Origin: Chromera velia
Lineage: Eukaryota
Length of the DNA stretch: 55,946 nt
Direction: 5' to 3'
Assembly: GCA_018398765.1 (NCBI GenBank)
Contig: JAHBMJ010000164.1
Location: forward strand, 1-55,946
Position numbers and translations under genes: made by a program. The notes beneath the pieces were generated by a model. The model was not told the origin of the DNA. It worked only from the letters and a program-made list of their open reading frames with translations, and ran no database searches. Every line of letters starts with the position of its first letter. Within the stretch, counting starts at the first letter, position 1. Shown here one piece after another: positions 51,101 through 55,946 of this stretch.

Positions 51101-54100
51101 ATCCTTCATCTCACAAAGGCAGGCTTCTTTACGAGTCAATGAGAAGAGAAGAATCAGCGTCAGCACGCGCATATATTTCCATACTCAAACGAGATGACAC
51201 GCATGCATGCTCACAAACAAAAAACCGCGGCGGACATTGAGAAGGGAAAGCGGCAGCCCCAGAGAAAGCGGAGGTACGCGGCGACCGTAAAACAAGAAGG
51301 CAGTCCACAAGGGGCTGTCAAGAATGAGTGAACAAATCAATCAACGAAAGAGAAAGAGAGGGAGAGACAAAGAAAGATCTTTTCATAGAAAAAGATACCG
51401 AAGCGACAGAGAAGAAGACCACCACACACGCATTGAACGCACCGTTTCGTCGTCAGTCATTCTCAGAAGCCATCTGTAGGGGTGCAGCTCTGCAAGGACG
51501 ACTCTGCGGACGCACATCGCGGCATACCTGCATGGACAAAGAGAGAGAACAAAAATGTGTGAAAGGAGGAAGGAACGAGGAAGCGCATGCAGAAAAAATA
51601 TGGGCGGGATGCAAGCAAGAAAGAAAGAAAGAAGGGCAAGAGTGAAAGAGACGAGACATGGACCCCCTCCCCATTTACCACGTAATTCACAAGACATGCA
51701 TTCCCAAACTCTCCCTCCATTTTTTTCCCTTCTGACCTCCACATTGGCTTCCACGACTTCACTTTCCTCTTCTCCCCATTGGGCCTGCCTGTTCTTGGCC
51801 CGAATTCCTTCCAGAGCGCCGAGTCTCTCCACTCTCCGTACAGACACAGACGGTCCTCCACACTCATGCGCATGTTGGAGATCCTCTCGAAACCCTGGAG
51901 GGCCTTCAGACTCGCACTGGAGACAGAGAGGGGGGGGGGGGAGAAACGCACGCACACAGAGGGAGGAGAGACAAAAGATGAGAAGCATGGATGTGAAACG
52001 GAGAGAAAAGCGTCTCGTCAGAAAAAATGGGAAGGCCCAAACGACACAGAAGCAGGAAGAGAGGACACAGCTTCGAAGGAGACGACAGGAAGAGGTCGTG
52101 AGAACGGAAAGGGTAGTGAAATAATTGACACACAGGAGTCGCACGTGGTTCCCTCAGATGGAGAAGGAAAAAAACAGGAGGAAAAAAAAAGAAGAAACAA
52201 AGAGACACCAACGCAGTCACTCGTGCCCACTGGAATCACTCCATGGACTCAACCAAGGCAACAAATGCACTTCATGCATCGATTTACTGAACTCACGTCA
52301 GCATTTCCTGTTGGTAGAATACAGAGATTCTATTGATGTCCACTTCCAGGCTGTACTGCGCAGGCATGTCACTTGGGCACGTACCCCCCGCGAGCGCCGC
52401 CTCCGGGCTGGCGGCAGCTGTGGCACCACCCTTGTTCGTCGCCAAGCTAACAAAGCTTACGACGGCCCCCACAGGCTTCAACACATACGTGACTCGCGTT
52501 CTCACCACAATCTCGTCCTTTTGTTTCTCCTTCTCTTTCTCCTTCCCTCCTCCCGGGGTCTCCTTCTCCTTGAAATTGACAGCGGAAGACTGGAGCATGC
52601 TGAAAGCCCCGCTGTCCCCTCTGAGAGGAGAGGAGGGGAGAGAGATCACAGGACGTCCGGCCTCGATACCCTCTGGGGGCTGGGCAGAAGGGGAAGGGGG
52701 GGAGAACCCAGGAATCAGAGAGTTTTTATCCACCGTCTCGGTCACTGATGACTTGTGTGGATTGTTGGAGTTTGAGGGAGAGAGGGCCGACTGTGCGGAC
52801 TCCATGGAAGGAGTGGGAAGAAGGGGGTCGGGAAGAAGCCCTGGGTCTGTGTCTGTACTTGCATGCACATTCAATTCTCGGCTTCCCCTTCCGACAGCGG
52901 TTTTGTCCATGTGCATGGACAATGCGGCTTGGAGAGTTGATTTATCCAGACCCCCTCCCTCAGCTTCATCATCCATCTCTCTCTCCTGCTCCCTTTCCTG
53001 ATATACTTTTGCGTCGTCAATTGTTCTCTGCAGCCGCTGCATGACCTCCTCTCTACTTAATCGCGACTGCCAATAAATCGGCGACTTCGTCTTCTTCGAA
53101 TCGGCTGCTTTCCCCGAAGGCTGAGCAGAGGCGGTCTTAGTACCCCTACCAAACCAGGACGACCCAGCCCTTTCATTGGGCGCAGGGGCGGAAAGTGCGT
53201 TCTTGTTTCCCTTGTCTGACTGATTCGACGCAGCTGCATCGGCAGACGGCTCCTTGTTGTAAGGTTCATTGCTGTCGAACAACAGGTTCTTGAAGTCGAG
53301 GGGGTTGAAGTACACACCAAATCCCGACAGCTTGCCCTGTAAACTCAGGTCAGCGTCAAGATGCGGTCCCGTTGGACTCTTCCCACTCTCTGCTCTCTCC
53401 TTCTCCCGCCCCTTTTCACTCTCATCCCCCTTTTCGGCCTTCTTGCCCTTCGCGTCCTTCTCCTTCGACATCCCAGCAGAATTTCGAGGGTGCACATCCA
53501 GACCAGCTAAAACCGCACCCAACGAAAACGGTTCCCTTCCATTGGAAAGATTCCTGTCTTCATAGCGGATGTGGATGGACTCTATACGGATCTTCGATCT
53601 CTGCAAAATCGCAGCGATCTTATCCCAAGTTGATTCCTGCTGCTGTTGCTGTTTGTCGCCGGACTGCTGCTTGGAACCTGCCAGAAGTTCCGATCTTTTC
53701 TCTGCCATTTCTGCCAACCAGACACCAAACAGCCTGTCCTTCACTGCCTTGATCTGCTCTGTCAGCTCTTCTTCTGTGATCTTGTGCAGCTTCAGGTTGC
53801 GGGGCTCGACAACCAGGTACAGCTCCCTGATTAGGATGTCCACAGAGTGAACGGCTTTCAGAGGGTCTGTCCTGATTTTGAAGATGTCCAGCTGCAGCTT
53901 CAAGTCGAGCTCCCCGATGTGCCCAAACAGCAGCCTCACAGGAAGCCCCATGTCTTCCAGCACCTTGGGAAGGAGCCGAGCATTTGCAAGCTTCACCCTT
54001 GTGACGTCTCCTGTCTTGACGCTCTCAGGCGGCTGTTCAAGGTACTCACTGAGCATTGAATATATGGCGGCCGCCACCCTGTCCGACACATTCACACCAA

Positions 54101-54158
54101 CCCGGTTTGCAAGTCCAAAAATTAACGACTGCGTAGCGCTCCCCACGTAACCGAACAT
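23048..54158 (-). CDS. VPS13: VPS13-family bridge-like lipid transfer protein, ~35 exons, roughly 7,000 aa
   Basis: Exon 1 (54158-52297) has the chorein N-terminus (MLSEYLE…[13 protein letters not shown]…[20 protein letters not shown]…[12 protein letters not shown]…PFSLG). Internal RBG motifs: [15 protein letters not shown]…[41 protein letters not shown] motifs: [38 protein letters not shown]-terminal motifs: [30 protein letters not shown]…[13 protein letters not shown]…[19 protein letters not shown]…RLPR. Last exons 26091-25035, 24695-24494 and 24116-23048. The junctions I checked were in phase; some internal boundaries are approximate. Confidence 0.95.
24494..26091 (-). other. VPS13 C-terminal/ATG2_C glycine-rich amphipathic region
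   Basis: [24 protein letters not shown]…FDDEY…PQNFGEGL…[17 protein letters not shown]…[21 protein letters not shown]. Confidence 0.9.
28893..29003. repeat. 3 x 37-bp tandem repeat containing a VPS13 3' splice site
   Basis: TG(G/A)TCTGTGTGGGGCCTGCATACAGAGAA… starts at 28893, 28930 and 28967. Confidence 0.95.
40826..41020. repeat. Compound (CA)n(GA)n(GACA)n microsatellite abutting a VPS13 acceptor
   Basis: Directly visible. Similar compound tracts lie at ~15470-15560, ~31640-31695, ~46490-46538 and ~48080-48168 (the last includes G34 at 48122-48155). Confidence 0.95.
53500..54158 (-). other. Chorein_N domain-coding segment of VPS13
   Basis: See motifs in ORF 52293..54158, approximately aa 25-220. 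Confidence 0.85.
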
Positions 54159-55075
54159 TGTATGGACGGCCTAGTCACGAGCAGAGCAGAAAGAGAAGAC
54201 AAGGTGCCGCCCCGGCAACAGGTGTACAAACAGACGGATCCAGGGGTCCTTGCCCGAGAAAGAGGCGACACACACTCGTGCCCCTACATAAATAAGTAGA
54301 AAAGGCCAGATCGATACGAAAATTCTATGTGTGAAGCACACGAAGACAGATGTTGCAAGTGATCAGATCCACAAAATGGCACGTGTGCGCACGCAGATCT
54401 ACAAAGGATTCAACACAAATCTTCATCTTCTCATGTCCGTTGGACTCTAAAGGCATTCTCATTTCCTATGTCTGGAATGCAGAACCTGATACAATCTGGA
54501 CAAGAATTAAAGCCTTGTGGGTTTCTTGGTGTTCCTCCTCCTCCTCGATCGCCGATTTGAGAGAGAGTACAGCAACACGCGACTCTCAGAGACGCAGCTC
54601 ATGCAATCATGGCGGCGCCGCGGGCGGCGCCGCGCGTGACTCTCAGGCGGTCGCGCAGCCGGTCGCGCGCGGCCGCGGTGTCGTGCATGCACGCGGCGGC
54701 CGCCGCGGTCGCGACATCGATGTTGGTTTTCATATGCTTGGACAGTTTGTACGTCGTTTTTGATCGATCGTAGCATCCTGTTGCAGGAGATATTGCAGAA
54801 GACGTATGAAGACGTGCAATCGCAGGTGTAGACGCGGCGGTTTTCTTCACATATGCACCAGGTATCAATTGGCATAGAGTGTTCGACAAAAGAAGTTAGC
54901 CGTGCCTATCTTTGCCTTTTGTTGGAGGCGAGATACAGTTCTGCAACAGTTGGGCTGCATCGTCTTTTGCTTCCCTGAAAGTATTGCCGTGCACCCGTTG
55001 TTTGGATTTGTTGGAGTTTCTTGTGCCCCTCGGAAGGGTGCAGACATCTTGGACCCCTTTTTGATTGTGCGCAAC
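54159..55075. promoter_or_regulatory. Divergent (bidirectional) promoter region between VPS13 and the KDELC-like gene
   Basis: Head-to-head ATGs about 0.9 kb apart, with a central CpG-dense island at 54610-54716 containing the palindrome CGTGCATGCACG (54682-54693). Confidence 0.55.
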
Positions 55076-55936
55076 ATGACAGGTGCTGTTATCTTTTTCG
55101 CGTTTGCCTTTTTGGCGGCTGTCTTTGGACAAGAATCCCGGTTCCTGTCTCCCTCTCATACAAAAGTTTTTGGTCCCGGTCTGAATGCCAAAGTGTCCAC
55201 TCCCGCCCGGACCGTGTACATCCAGGCACGCGACCAGTATGGGGATCCAATCAGGTACTCTTTGGGCAAGGATGCGTTCTACGTTCGTGTCCGAATGTAC
55301 CCGATTGATGGCAGCCCCCCCCTCCAGCTGAAAGCCCAGCTGGAGGATCGGGGGGATGGGTCTTACGGTTTTTTGTTCTTCTACAATCAGGTACCAGAGA
55401 AGTATGTCGTCGAGGTGAAGCTGCCGGACGGCACCCCAGTCGCACAATCCCCTTACACGGTCTGGTACCCTGATTTTGAGCACTGTGACTGTCCCTTGGA
55501 CACAGTGGAAGAGTTCTACAAAGCCTACCGATGTCAAGAAGCGTTTCCTCAGATCGTGACTGATTTTGCGCAACACAAGACGATCGAGGAAGAGGACGTG
55601 CACTCGATACCGAAGATCCTCACAAAGGATGAGCACTGCCTAGTTCACTACTCGATAGTTGATGGGAAGATCTATGCAAAGGCGTACGGAAAGTACCAGG
55701 GTTTTAAGGCGTTTCTCGATGACGTGTTGCAGTCCCTGTCCCGGAAAGTGCGTCTGCCCGACGTTGAGTTTGTGCTCAACTTGGGGGACTGGCCGCTGGC
55801 CACGGATGAGAATGGCACCAGAGGAAAGCCTGTGATCTCGTGGTGTGGCTCCGAAAGCTCTGACGATATGATTCTTCCCACGTACAGACTGACCAGAGCA
55901 CAGGTCTGGGGGGTCAACGACGAGAATCCAACACAG
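55076..55936 (+). CDS. KDELC/POGLUT2-3-like protein: signal peptide + filamin repeat + CAP10/GT90 glycosyltransferase; first exon, gene continues past the window
   Basis: 287 codons ending at CAG|GTGGGT: MTGAVIFFAFAFLAAVFG-QESRFLSPSHTKVFGPGL…PARTVYIQARD…LEDRGDGSY…VAQSPY…EHCDCP…LVHYSIVDGKIY…GFKAFLDDVLQSLSRKVRLPDVEFVLNLGDWPL…PVISWCGS…DMILPTY. The motif order matches animal KDELC1/2 as I recall it. Confidence 0.9.
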
Positions 55937-55946
55937 GTGGGTGGGT

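Noticed and set aside
23357..54059. Plus-strand ORFs overlapping VPS13, and the minus-strand ORFs read as many separate genes
   Set aside because: The plus-strand ORFs are antisense shadows of GC-rich exons. The minus-strand ORFs splice into one VPS13 with domains in canonical order.
54896..55636. 246-aa minus-strand ORF
   Set aside because: Antisense shadow of the plus-strand KDELC-like exon.

Overview
Eukaryotic, intron-rich genomic DNA. By inference it comes from a photosynthetic alveolate such as Chromera velia: introns are full of (GA)n/(CA)n/(GACA)n repeats, one protein has a bipartite plastid leader and another has HPR-type repeats. Most ORFs in the supplied track are exon pieces or microsatellite artefacts. 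Well-supported genes, all spliced by eye: (1) a 6-exon plastid-targeted Rieske [2Fe-2S] protein (11245-12865, -); (2) a tRNA with anticodon GUG (His; 13316-13388, -); (3) a ~7-exon heptatricopeptide-repeat-like, probably mitochondrial protein (13535-18129, +); (4) a giant VPS13 lipid-transfer gene of about 35 exons and roughly 7,000 aa (23048-54158, -); (5) the first exon of a KDELC/POGLUT2-3-like filamin+CAP10 glycosyltransferase (55076-55936, +), absent from the ORF track because it runs off the window. The first ~9 kb is AT-rich accessory DNA with a decayed spliced gene, an assembly duplication and gap, and several inverted-repeat elements. The most unusual structure is a twice-nested pair of ends in which inverted arms flank directly oriented A-tract/core/T-tract sites, an attL/attR-like geometry. 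Other oddities are a triplicated 3' splice site in VPS13, FFAT-like motifs, and an atypical tRNA-His.
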